A DNA stretch of 64,000 bases from Eledone cirrhosa. Lineage: Eukaryota. The stretch covers positions 386,074,001 through 386,138,000 of the forward strand of contig OZ024740.1 of the NCBI GenBank assembly GCA_964016885.1. The letters run 5' to 3'. A program made the position numbers and the translations under genes. Below the pieces are notes generated by a model. It had not been told where the DNA came from, did no database searches, and saw nothing but the letters and a program-made list of their open reading frames with translations. This document shows, piece after piece, positions 48,949 to 61,100 of this stretch; the stretch's first letter is position 1; each line of letters starts with the position of its first letter.

Positions 48949-50463
48949 TTGAAAAAATAATAAAATCTACACAGTGTTGAAGCGACAAAATTAAAATCAT
49001 ACTTACTACCAGACAACAAAACCATGTCATGAACTTAGGTTATCGAATGTTTATATGCATTGGCACTCACTGACTTTGTATTATATAGACGTAAAACTTA
49101 ATATTTTGGAAACGAAAATGAGACGCCTCGACATTTAGATCATTCATGCAAATTCACTTACTACTCAACTAACACATGGTGATATCGTGTGGTATGCTCT
49201 GATGCACTACTGTATTCATTTCCACCGTAAGCTTATAACGCTTGCAGTTAATAGAGATGCCACCGTCGTATGTTGTACGACTAGCTTACGGATCAAATTC
49301 TACTCCACAATTATCGCACGTAAGATCTATCAATAACATGAATCAATATACAACTGTGCAGTAATCACGGCTGTTTCATGTAATATTAATTTTCTTAAAA
49401 ATGACAATATTTCTTATTAGAGTGTAGTAAAACCAAACTTCTTATTTAGCTCTCTTTGCTCTCCATGAAGAGATGTCCATTTTGCTTTATCATGGGCTTG
49501 CTTACAGGCCTGGGTTCTGCTCATCGTTTTTATATCGTATCAATTTTGGTTAGGATATTTTAGTTAAATTCTGGTTTGTGTTTGATATAAGTTGGAAAGA
49601 TAAGAGTACTTCCTTCTGTGAAACACATGACGATTTTTGTTTTTTTTACTTTGTGCACGAAAAGAATAGTATTTACACAGCGAGGTTTATAAATTATAGT
49701 TACAACTACATTACATTTTTCTTAGATGTTCTTATAAATTAAATTTCTACCCCACTTAAACTCCAATAATGAAACCGTTTATTTGATTAAGATAATTCAC
49801 AAAACACTAAATTACAAAAATAATGACGTTATTTAACTTTATTTAAAATAAATTGTTTTATATAACATAAATGATATATTTCGTTTGTATTCATGTTGAT
49901 ATGAGAATATATCAACATATGTTCTCACACTCCCCACATATTTTCACCTGCTCAAGTGTTTGCAGCTGTTTAACTCCAGGTAATCCCAAATCAAGCAAGT
50001 TTATTTTCAAAGACATTCCAGCCATTACAATCCCGTCATCAGTATCCAATGTGTTCTCTTCCACCTTTCTTTGATGGCAATATAGTGTGATTCGGAGATA
50101 TTTGGCTGCTATTACTAGCAGGTTCAGTGACTACGTAGATGACTCCTCATCGGCTCGGAATACTTATGTATTCTTAAACTGTGTGTGTGTGTGTGTGTGT
50201 GGTATGTGTGTGGTATGTGTGTGTGTGGGGGGGGGGGCTTAATTTCTGTGTATATGTATTTGTTCAGTATGATATATGCACATGTGTATATAACCAACGG
50301 AATTGATGAGATGGCTGTTGAAAGAATTTAAAATATAAATGATCGAGTTTTAATTTGGGAAAAACATTGTTAGTTTTATACATAAAATATTTTATATCGA
50401 TATGTCTGTGGGGAAAATCACATATGTCAAATATTTAAATAGCCTTAACACATTTCGAATTAC

Positions 50464-51402
50464 TCATTTGTAACAAACAGCTGGAGCATTTCGTTTGATA
50501 ATTTGTACTATGTCTTTAAAATCCTTTTTGGTCTCAAATAATATACAGTCTGAATAGCCACGACGGAATTTTTGTGGTCCAACCAATTTGATATTACATT
50601 TTGCATTCGGTCGTTTGGAACTAGCAAAGTCACCGTCACTAGTGGTTTGATGTACAGCTAATATGTTTGACGTACTATCAATGACATATGATTTCTGATT
50701 GAGACCAAATATGACAAGATAATTATCAAAGGCAACCCGTCCGATCACCATATTAGGAAATGTTTGCCAGGGAAAATATTCACCCGTAAAAAAATAATCT
50801 TCGCCCCATGTACGTGATAAAGATCCACGTGAAGCAATCCTCGACAAGTTTTGTGTACCATTTACAATTAGATGATTACGAAAGTTAACATTTTTTCTGC
50901 GGCCAGTGACAAGAAATCCATTTCCCTTGAAAGAATCCTTGAACTTCCAGATCCCTTTTAGAGTTGTGTTAAGTGTATGATCAAAGAGAATGTCTGAGTT
51001 AGCATAGCCATAGATTTGGGATGGAAAATTGCGTTTTACATTCAGAAACAGGCTCTTTAGTACAGGTAGGTTACCACAGGTAACGTGTAAAATTGGTAGT
51101 ACTTTCCAGCCAAGAGAAATAGCTTTCTGAGCAAGATCTGTTTCATTTGTAAACAAAACTGGCTGTATATCAGGAAGTAATTGTGCCCATAAGCGTAATG
51201 TGTTATTATGCACAGTTATTTTTTCTTTATTTGTCAACCAGGAAGTAAATATTGTAGCAAATTGACGTGTCTCAATTGTGTCTTTGTTCAAACTACTCAC
51301 CTTTGGGCTTTCTGTAAATATATTCGTATTTATATAGATAATGCCCAAAATAAGTACCACCACGATTAAAGCAAAAAACTTCAATTTTTGTCCGTTCAGC
51401 AT
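50464..51402 (-). CDS. Host gene coding exon: type II membrane, glycosyltransferase-like protein (312 aa from the ATG)
   Basis: Uninterrupted non-TE ORF. Splice acceptor ttttcttgtttctacag directly precedes the ATG at 51402. N-terminal signal anchor FFALIVVVLILGIIYI; YGYANSDILFD (DxD-like), GRR, DYFF, IGRVAFDNYL, AVHQT motifs. Confidence 0.8.
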   Translation of the reverse strand: MLNGQKLKFFALIVVVLILGIIYINTNIFTESPKVSSLNKDTIETRQFATIFTSWLTNKEKITVHNNTLRLWAQLLPDIQPVLFTNETDLAQKAISLGWKVLPILHVTCGNLPVLKSLFLNVKRNFPSQIYGYANSDILFDHTLNTTLKGIWKFKDSFKGNGFLVTGRRKNVNFRNHLIVNGTQNLSRIASRGSLSRTWGEDYFFTGEYFPWQTFPNMVIGRVAFDNYLVIFGLNQKSYVIDSTSNILAVHQTTSDGDFASSKRPNAKCNIKLVGPQKFRRGYSDCILFETKKDFKDIVQIIKRNAPAVCYK

Positions 51403-51498
51403 CTGTAGAAACAAGAAAATCGATGGTTAAAACAAAAATAGAAACACAGTAAAATAGAGAAATAATTACAATAAAACATACATGATAATTATTCTTCG

Positions 51499-52090
51499 AC
51501 GAGAGAGAGAGAGAAAGAGGGAGGAAACGGGGGAAGAGGGGGAAGAGGAAGGGAGGAAGGAGGATGAAGGGGAAAAGCGCAATGAGGAGGAAGAGTGGAA
51601 GGGGAATAAGGTGGAAGAGAAGGGGGAAGGGGAATAGGAAGAGGAGGGAGGGGGAATAGGATTAGGAGGGAGGGGGAAGATGAGGAGGAAGAGAAAGAGA
51701 AGAGGAGGGGGAGGGGAAGATGAGGAGGAGAAAGAGAGGAGGAGGAGAAGGAGGGGGAAGAGAAAGAGAGGAGGAAGGAGAGAGAAGGAGGAGGAAGGAA
51801 GGAGAAGAGGAGGAGGAAGGAGAGGATGAGGAAGGAGAGGATGAGGATGAGGAAGGAGAGAGGGAGAGGAAGGAGAGGAAGGAGAGAGGGGAGGAGATGA
51901 GGATGGAGAGAGGGGAGGAACGAGAGAGGGGAGAAGGTGAGAGGGGAAGGGGAGAGAGAGGGGATGGGGGGAGAGAGGGGATGGGGGGAGAGAGGAGAAG
52001 AGAGAGAAAGAGAGGTAGAAGAGCGAGAGAAAAAGAAAGAGGAGAATAGTGAGGAGAAAGAAGGTGGGGATAGAAAGATCTACTGGAAGA
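51499..52090 (+). repeat. Polypurine low-complexity tract
   Basis: About 590 bp almost entirely G/A. Confidence 0.9.
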
Positions 52091-52122
52091 AAGGCAAAGT
52101 TAAACTGGAAAGATTTTCAGTT

Positions 52123-55100
52123 AAGAGTGGTACTACATAGAAATCTGGTAAGAATGGCAGAGGAGGGAACCACTGGAGAGAGTGGTACTACATAGAAATC
52201 TGGTAAGAATGGCAGAGGAGGGAACCACTGGAGAGAGTGGTACTACATAGAAATCTGGTTAGAATGGCAGAGGAGGGAACCACTGGAGAGAGTGGTACAA
52301 CATAGAAATCTGGTTAGAATGGCAGAGGAGGGAACCACTGGAGAGAGTGGTACAATATAGACATCTGGTTAGAATGGGAGAACAGGGAACCACTGGAGAG
52401 AGTGGTACTACATAGACATCTGGTTAGAATGGCAGAGGAGGGAAGCACTGGAGAGAGTGGTACTATATAGACATCTGGTTAGAATGGGAGAACAGGGAAC
52501 CACTGGAGAGAGTGGTACTACATAGACATCTGGTTAGAATGGCAGAGGAGGGAACCACTGGAGAGAGTGGTACTACACAGACATCTGGTTAGAATGGCAG
52601 AGGAGCGAACCATTGGAGAGAGTGATACTATATAGACATCTGGTTAGAATGGGAGAACAGGGAACCACTGGAGTGAGTGGTACTACATAGACATCTGGTT
52701 AGAATGGCAGAGGAGCGAACCATTGGAGAGAGTGGTACAATATAGACATCTGGTTAGAATGGGAGAACAGGGAACCACTGGAGAGAGTGGTACTACATAG
52801 ACATCTGGTTAGAATGGCAGAGGAGGGAACCACTGGAGAGAGTGGTACTATATAGACATCTGGTTAGAATGGCAGAGGAGGGAACGACTGGAGAGAGTGG
52901 TACTACATAGACATCTGGTTAGAATGGCAGAGGAGGGATCCATTGGAGAGAGTGGTACTATATAGACATCTGGTTAGAATGGCAGAGGAGGGAACGACTG
53001 GAGAGAGTGGTACTACATAGACATCTGGTTAGAATGGCAGAGGAGGGATCCATTGGAGAGAGTGGTACTATATAGACATCTGGTTAGAATGGGAGAGGAG
53101 GGAACCACTGCAGAGAGTGGTACTATATAAACATCTGGTTAGAATGGCAGAGGAGGGATCCATTGGAGAGAGTGGTACTATATAGACATCTGGTTAGAAT
53201 GGGAGAGGAGGGAACCACTGCAGAGAGTGGTACTATATAGACATCTGGTTAGAATGGCAGAGGAGGGATCCATTGGAGAGAGTGGTACTATATAGACATC
53301 TGGTTAGAATGGGAGAGGAGGGAACCACTGTAGAGTGGTACTATATAGACATCTGGTTAGAATGGCAGAGGAGGGAACCACTGGAGAGAGTGGTACTATA
53401 TAGACATCTGGTTAGAATGGGAGAGGAGGGAACCACTGCAGAGAGTGGTACTATATAGACATCTGGTTAGAATGGCAGAGGAGGGATCCATTGGAGAGAG
53501 TGGTACTATATAGACATCTGGTTAGAATGGGAGAGGAGGGAACCACTGGAGAGAGTGGTACTACATAGACATCTGGTTAGAATGGCAGAGGAGGTAACCA
53601 CTGGAGAGAGTGGTACTATATAGACATCTGGTTAGAATGGCAGTTGAGGGAAGCACTGGAGTGAGTGGTACTATAGAGACATCTGGTTAGAATGACAGAG
53701 GAGGGAACCACTGGAGAGATTGGTACTACATAGACATCTAGTTACAATGGCAGAAGAGGGAACCACTGGAGAGATTGGTACTACATAGACATCTGGTTAG
53801 AATGGCAGAGGAGGGAACCATTGGAGAGAGTGGTACTATATAGACATCTGGTTAGAATGGCAGAGGAGGGAACCACTGGAGAGAGTGGTACTATATAAAC
53901 ATCTGGTTAGAATGGCAGAGGAGGGAACCACTGGAGAGAGTGGTACTACATAGACATCTGGTTAGAATAGGAGAGGTGGGAACCACTGGAGAGAGTGGTA
54001 CTATATAGAGATCTGGTTAGAATGGCACAGGAGGGAAGCACTGGAGAGAGTGGTACTATATAGACGTCTGGTTAGAATGACAGAGGAGGGAACCACTGGA
54101 GAGATTGGTACTACATAGACATCTAGTTACAATGGCAGAAGAGGGAACCACTGGAGAGAGTGGTACAATATAGACATCTGGTTAGAATGGGAGAACAGGG
54201 AACGACTGGAGTGAGTGGTACTACATAGACATCTGGTTAGAATGGCAGAGGAGGGAACCACTGGAGAGAGTGGTACTACAGAGACATCTGGTTAGAATGG
54301 AAGAGGAGGGAACCACTGGAGAGATTGGGAATATATAGACATCTGGTTAGAATGGCAGAGGAGGGAACCACTGGAGAGATTGGGAATATATAGACATCTG
54401 GTCAGAATGGCAGAGGAGGGAACCACTGGAGAGAGTGGTACTATATAGACATCTGGTTAGAATGGGAGAGGAGGTAACCACTGGAGAGAGTGGTACTATA
54501 TAGACATTTGGTTAGAATGGGAGAGGAGGGAACCATTGGAGAGAGTGGTACTACATAGACATCTGGTTAGAATGGGAGAGGAGGGGACCACTGGAGAGAG
54601 TGGTACTATATAGACATCTGGCTAGAATGGCAGAGGAGGGAACCACTGGAGAGAGTGGTACTATATAGACATCTGGTTAGAATGGCATAGGAGGGAACCA
54701 CTGGAGAGAGTGGTACTATATAGACATCGGGTTAGAATGGCAGAGGAGGGAACCACTGGAGAGAGTGGTACTATATAGACATCTGGTTAGAATGGCAGTT
54801 GAGGGAACCACTGGAGAGAGTGGTACTGCACAGACATCTGGTTAGAATGGGAGAGGAGGGAACCACTGGAGAGAGTGGTACTATATAAACATCTGGTTAG
54901 AATGGCAGATGAGGGAACCACTGGAGAGAGTGGTACTACATAGACATCTGGTTAGAATGGCAGAGGAGGGAACCACTGGAGAGAGTGGTACTACACAGAC
55001 ATCTGGTTAGAATGGGAGAGGAGGGAACCACTGCAGAGAGTGGTACTATATAGACATCTGGTTAGAATGGCAGAGGAGGGATCCATTGGAGAGAGTGGTA

Positions 55101-58100
55101 CTATATAGACATCTGGTTAGAATGGGAGAGGAGGGAACTACTGGAGAGAGTGGTACTACATAGACATCTAGTTACAATGGCAGAAGAGGGAACCACTGGA
55201 GAGATTGGTACTACATAGACATCTGGTTAGAATGGCAGAGGAGGGAACCATTGGAGAGAGTGGTACTATATAGACATCTGGTTAGAATGGCAGAGGAAGG
55301 AACCACTGGAGAGAGTGGTACTATATAAACATCTGGTTAGAATGGCAGAGGAGGGAACCACTGGAGAGAGTGGTACTACATAGACATCTGGTTAGAATAG
55401 GAGAGGAGGGAACCACTGGAGAGAGTGGTACTATATAGAGATCTGGTTAGAATGGCACAGGAGGGAAGCACTGGAGAGAGTGGTACTATATAGACATCTG
55501 GTTAGTATGGGAGAACAGGGAACCACTGGAGAGAGTGGTACTACATAGACATCTGGTTAGAATGGCAGAGGAGGTAACCACTGGAGAGAGTGGTACTATA
55601 TAGACATCTGGTTAGAATGGCCAAGGACGGAACCACTGGAGAGAGTGGTACTACATAGACTTCTGGATAGAATGGGAGAGGAGGGAACCACTGGAGAGAT
55701 TGGTACTATATAGACATCTGGTTAGAATGAGAGAGGAGGGAACCACTGGAGAGAGTGGTACTATATAGACATCTGGTTAGAATGGGAGAGGAGGGGATCA
55801 GTGGATAGAGTGGTACTATATAGTCATCTCGTTAGAATGGGAGAGGAGGGGATCAGTGGATAGAGTGGTACTATATAGACATCTGGTTAGAATGGCAGAG
55901 GAGGGAACCACTGGAGAGAGTGGTACTATATAGACATCTGGTTAGAATGGCAGAGGAGGGAACCATTGGAGAGAGTGGTACTATATAGACATCTGGTTAG
56001 AATGGCACAGGAGGGAACCATTGGAGAGAGTGGTACTATATAGACATCTGGTTAGAATGGGAGAGGAGGGAACCACTGGAGAGAGTGGTACTACATAGAC
56101 ATCTGGTTAGAATGGCAGAGGAGGTAACCACTGGAGAGAGTGGTACTATATAGACATCTGGTTAGAATGGCAAAGGAGGGAACCACTGGAGAGAGAGGTA
56201 CTACATAGATATCTGGTTAGAATGGCAGACGAGGGACCCACTGGAGAGAGTGGTACTACATAGACATCTGGTTAGAATGGCAGTTGAGGGAACCACTGGA
56301 GAGAGTGGTACTACACAGACATCTGGTTAGAATGGGAGAGTAGGGAACCACTGGAGAGAGTGGTACTATATAAACATCTGGTTAGAATGGCAGAGGAGGG
56401 AACCATTGGAGAGAGTGGTACTATATAGACATCTGGTTAGAATGGGAGAGGAGGGAACCACTGGAGAGAGAAGTACTACATAGACATCTTGTTAGAATGG
56501 CAGAGGAGGTAACCACTGGAGAGAGTGGTACTATATAGACATCTGGTTAGAATGGCAAAGGAGGGAACCACTGGAGAGAGTGGTACTACATAGACATCTG
56601 GTTAGAATGGCAGACGAGGGAACCACTGGAGAGAGTGGTTCTACATAGACATCTGGTTAGAATGGCACAGGAGGGAAGCACTGGAGAGAGTGGTACTATA
56701 TAGACATCTGGTTAGAATGGGAGAACAGGGAACCACTGGAGAGAGTGGTACTACATAGACATCTGGTTAGAATGGCACAGGAGGGAACCACTGGAGAGAG
56801 TGATACTACACAGACATCTGGTTAGAATGGGAGAGTAGGGAACCGCTGGAGAGAGTGGTACTATATAGACATCTGGTTAGAATGAGAGAGGAGGGAACCA
56901 CTAGAGAGAGTGCTACTACATAGACATCTGGTTAGAATGAGAGAGGAGGGGACCACTGGAGAGAGTGGTACTATATAGACATCTCGTTAGAATGGGAGAG
57001 GACGGGACCACTGGATAGAGTGGTACTATATAGACATCTGGTTAGAATGGCAGAGGAGGGGACCACTGGAGAGAGTGGTACTATATAGACATCTGGTTAG
57101 GATGGCAGAGGAGGGACCCACTGGAGAGAGTGGTACTATATATCATCTGGTTAGAATGGCAGAGGAGGGAACCACTTGATAGAGTGGTACTACATAGACA
57201 TCTAGTTAGAATGGCAAAGGAGGGAACCACTGGAGAGAGTGGTACTATATAGACATCTGGTTAGAATGGCAGACGAGGGAACCACTGGAAAGAGTGGTAC
57301 TACATAGACATCTGGTTAGAATGGCAGAGGAGGGAACCACTGGGGCGAGTGGTACTATATAGTCATCTGGTTTGGATGGGAGAGGAGGGAACCACTGGAG
57401 AGAGTGGTACTATATAGACATCTGGTTAGAATGGGAGAAAAGGGAACCACTGGACAGATTGGTACTATGGAGACATTTGGTTAGAATGGGAGAGGAGGGA
57501 ACCCCTGGAGAGAGTGGTACTATAGAGACATCTGGTTAGAATGGCAGAGGAGGGAACCATTGGAGAGAGTGGTACTATATAGACATCTGGTTAGAATGGC
57601 ACAGGAGGGAACCACTGGAGAGAGTGGTACTATATAGACATCTGGTTAGAATGGCAGAGGAGGGAACCATTGGAGAGAGTGGTACTATATAGACATCTGG
57701 TTAGAATGGCACAGGAGGGAACCATTGGAGAGAGTGGTACTATATAGACATCTGGTTAGAATGGGAGAGGAGGGAACCACTGGAGAGAGTGGTACTACAT
57801 AGACATCTGGTTAGAATGGCAGAGGAGGTAACCACTGGAGAGAGTGGTACTATATAGACATCTGGTTAGAATGGCAAAGGAGGGAACCACTGGAGAGAGA
57901 GGTACTACATAGATATCTGGTTAGAATGGCAGACGAGGGAACCACTGGAGAGAGTGGTACTACACAGACATCTGGTTAGAATGGCAGAGGAGGGAACCAT
58001 TGGAGAGAGTGGTACTATATAGACATCTGGTTAGAATGGGAGAGGAGGGAACCACTGGAGAGAGAAGTACTACATAGACATCTGGTTAGAATGGCAGAGG

Positions 58101-61100
58101 AGGTAACCACTGGAGAGAGTGGTACTATATAGACATCTGGTTAGAATGGCAAAGGAGGGAACCACTGGAGAGAGTGGTACTACATAGACATCTAGTTACA
58201 ATGGCAGAAGAGGGACCCACTGGAGAGATTGGTACTACATAGACATCTGGTTAGAATGGCAGACGAGGGAACCACTGGAGAGAGTGGTACTACATAGACA
58301 TCTGGTTAGAATGGCACAGGAGGGAAGCACTGGAGAGAGTGGTACTATATAGACATCTGGTTAGAATGGGAGAACAGGGAACCACTGGAGAGAGTGGTAC
58401 TACATAGACATCTGGTTAGAATGGCACAGGAGGGAACCACTGGAGAGAGTGATACTACACAGACATCTGGTTAGAATGGGAGAGTAGGGAACCGCTGGAG
58501 AGAGTGGTACTATATAGACATCTGGTTAGAATGAGAGAGGAGGGAACCACTGGAGAGAGTGCTACTACATAGACATCTGGTTAGAATGAGAGAGGAGGGG
58601 ACCACTGGAGAGAGTGGTACTATATAGACATCTCGTTAGAATGGGAGAGGAGGGGACCACTGGATAGAGTGGTACTATATAGACATCTGGTTAGAATGGC
58701 AGAGGAGGGGACCACTGGAGAGAGTGGTACTATATAGACATCTGGTTAGGATGGCAGAGGAGGGACCCACTGGAGAGAGTGGTACTATATATCATCTGGT
58801 TAGAATGGCAGAGGAGGGAACCACTTGATAGAGTGGTACTACATAGACATCTAGTTAGAATGGCAAAGGAGGGAACCACTGGAGAGAGTGGTACTATATA
58901 GACATCTGGTTAGAATGGCAGACGAGGGAACCACTGGAAAGAGTGGTACTACATAGACATATGGTTAGAATGGCAGAGGAGGGAACCACTGGGGCGAGTG
59001 GTACTATATAGTCATCTGGTTTGGATGGGAGAGGAGGGAACCACTGGAGAGAGTGGTACTATATAGACATCTGGTTAGAATGGGAGAAAAGGGAACCACT
59101 GGACAGATTGGTACTATGGAGACATTTGGTTAGAATGGGAGAGGAGGGAACCCCTGGAGAGAGTGGTACTATATAGACATCTGGTTAGAATGGCAGAGGA
59201 GGGAACCACTGGAGAGAGTGGTACTATATAGACATCTGGTTAGAATGGGAGAAAAGGGAACCACTGGAGAGATTGGTACTATATAGACATCTGGTTAGAA
59301 TGGCAGAGGAAGTAACCACTGGAGAGATTGGTACTACATAGACATCTGGTTAGAATGGCAGAGGAGGGAACCACTGGAGAGAGTGGTACTACATAGACAT
59401 CTGGTTAGAATGGGAGAGGAGGGAACCACTGGAGAGAGTGGTACTATATAGACATCTGGTTAGAATGGCAGATGAGGGAACCACTGGAGAGAGTGGTACT
59501 ATATAGACATCTGGTTAGAATGGCAGAGGAGGGAACCACTGGAGAGAGTGGTACTATATAGACATCTGGTTAGAATGGCAGAGGAGGTAACCATTGGAGA
59601 GAGTGGTACTATATAGACATCTGGTTAGAATGGGAGAGGAGGGAACCACTGGTGAGAGTGGTACTATATAGACATCTGGTTAGAATGGCAGAGGAGAGAA
59701 CCACAGGAGAGAGTGGTACTATATAGACATCTGGTTAGAATGGCAGAGGAGGTAACCATTGGAGAGAGTGGTACTATATAGACATCTGGTTAGAATGGGA
59801 GAGGAGGGAACAACTGGAGAGAGTTGGACTATATAGACATCTGGTTAGAATGGCAGAGGAGAGAACCACTGGAGAGAGTGGTACTATATAGACATCTGGT
59901 TAGAATGGCAGAGGAGGGAACCAATGGAGAGAGTGGTACTATATAGACATCTGGTTAGAATGGGAGAGGAGGGAACAACTGGAGAGAGTTGGACTATATA
60001 GACATCTGGTTAGAATGGCAGAGGAGGGACCCATTGGAGAGAGTGGTACTATATAGACATCTGCTTAGAATGGGAGAGGAGGGAACAACTGGAGAGAGTT
60101 GGACTATATAGACATCTGGTTAGAATGGCAGAGGAGGGAACCACTGGAGCGAGTGGTACTATATAGACATGTGGTTAAAATGGCAAAGGAGGTAACCATT
60201 GGAGAGAGTGGTACTATATAGACATCTGGTTAGAATGGCAGAGGAGGGAACCACTGGTGAGAGTGGTACTATATAAACCTCTGGTTAGAATGGCAGAGGA
60301 GGGACCCATTGGAGAGAGTGGTACTATATAGACATCTGGTTAGAATGGGAGAGTAGGGAACCACTGGAGAGAGTGGTACTACATAGACATCTGGTTAGAA
60401 TGGCAGAGGAGGGAACCACTGGAGAGAGTGGTACTACATAGACATCTGGTTAGAATGGCAGACGAGGGAACCACTGGAGAGAGTGGTACTACATAGACAT
60501 CTGGTTAGAATGGCAGTTGAGGGAACCACTGGAGAGAGTGGTACTACACAGGCATCTGGTTAGAATGGGAGAGGAGGGAACCACTGGAGAGAGTGGTACT
60601 ATATAAACAAATGGTTAGAATGGCAGAGGAGGGAACCACTGGAGGTAGTGGTACTACATAGACATCTGGTTAGAATGGGAGAGCAGGGAACCACTGGAGA
60701 GAGTGGTACTATATAGACATCTGGTTAGAATGGCAGTTGAGGGAACCACTGGAGAGAGTGGTACTACACAGACATCTGGTTAGAATGGGAGAGGAGGGAA
60801 CTACTGGAGAGAGTGGTACTATATAAACATCTGGTTAGAATGGCAGAGGAGGGAACCACTTGATAGAGTGGTACTACATAGACATCTGGTTAGAATGGGA
60901 GAGGAGGGAACCACTGGAGAGAGTGGTACTATATAGACCTCTGGTTAGAATGGCACAGGAGGGAAGCACTGGAGAGAGTGGTACTATATAGACATCTGGT
61001 TAGAATGGGAGAACAGGGAACCACTGGAGAGAGTGGTACTACATAGACATCTGGTTAGAATGGCAGAGGAGGGAACCACTGGAGCGAGTGGTACTATATA

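Noticed and set aside
51720-52140. Glu/Arg/Gly-rich ORFs
   Set aside because: Artefact of the polypurine low-complexity tract.
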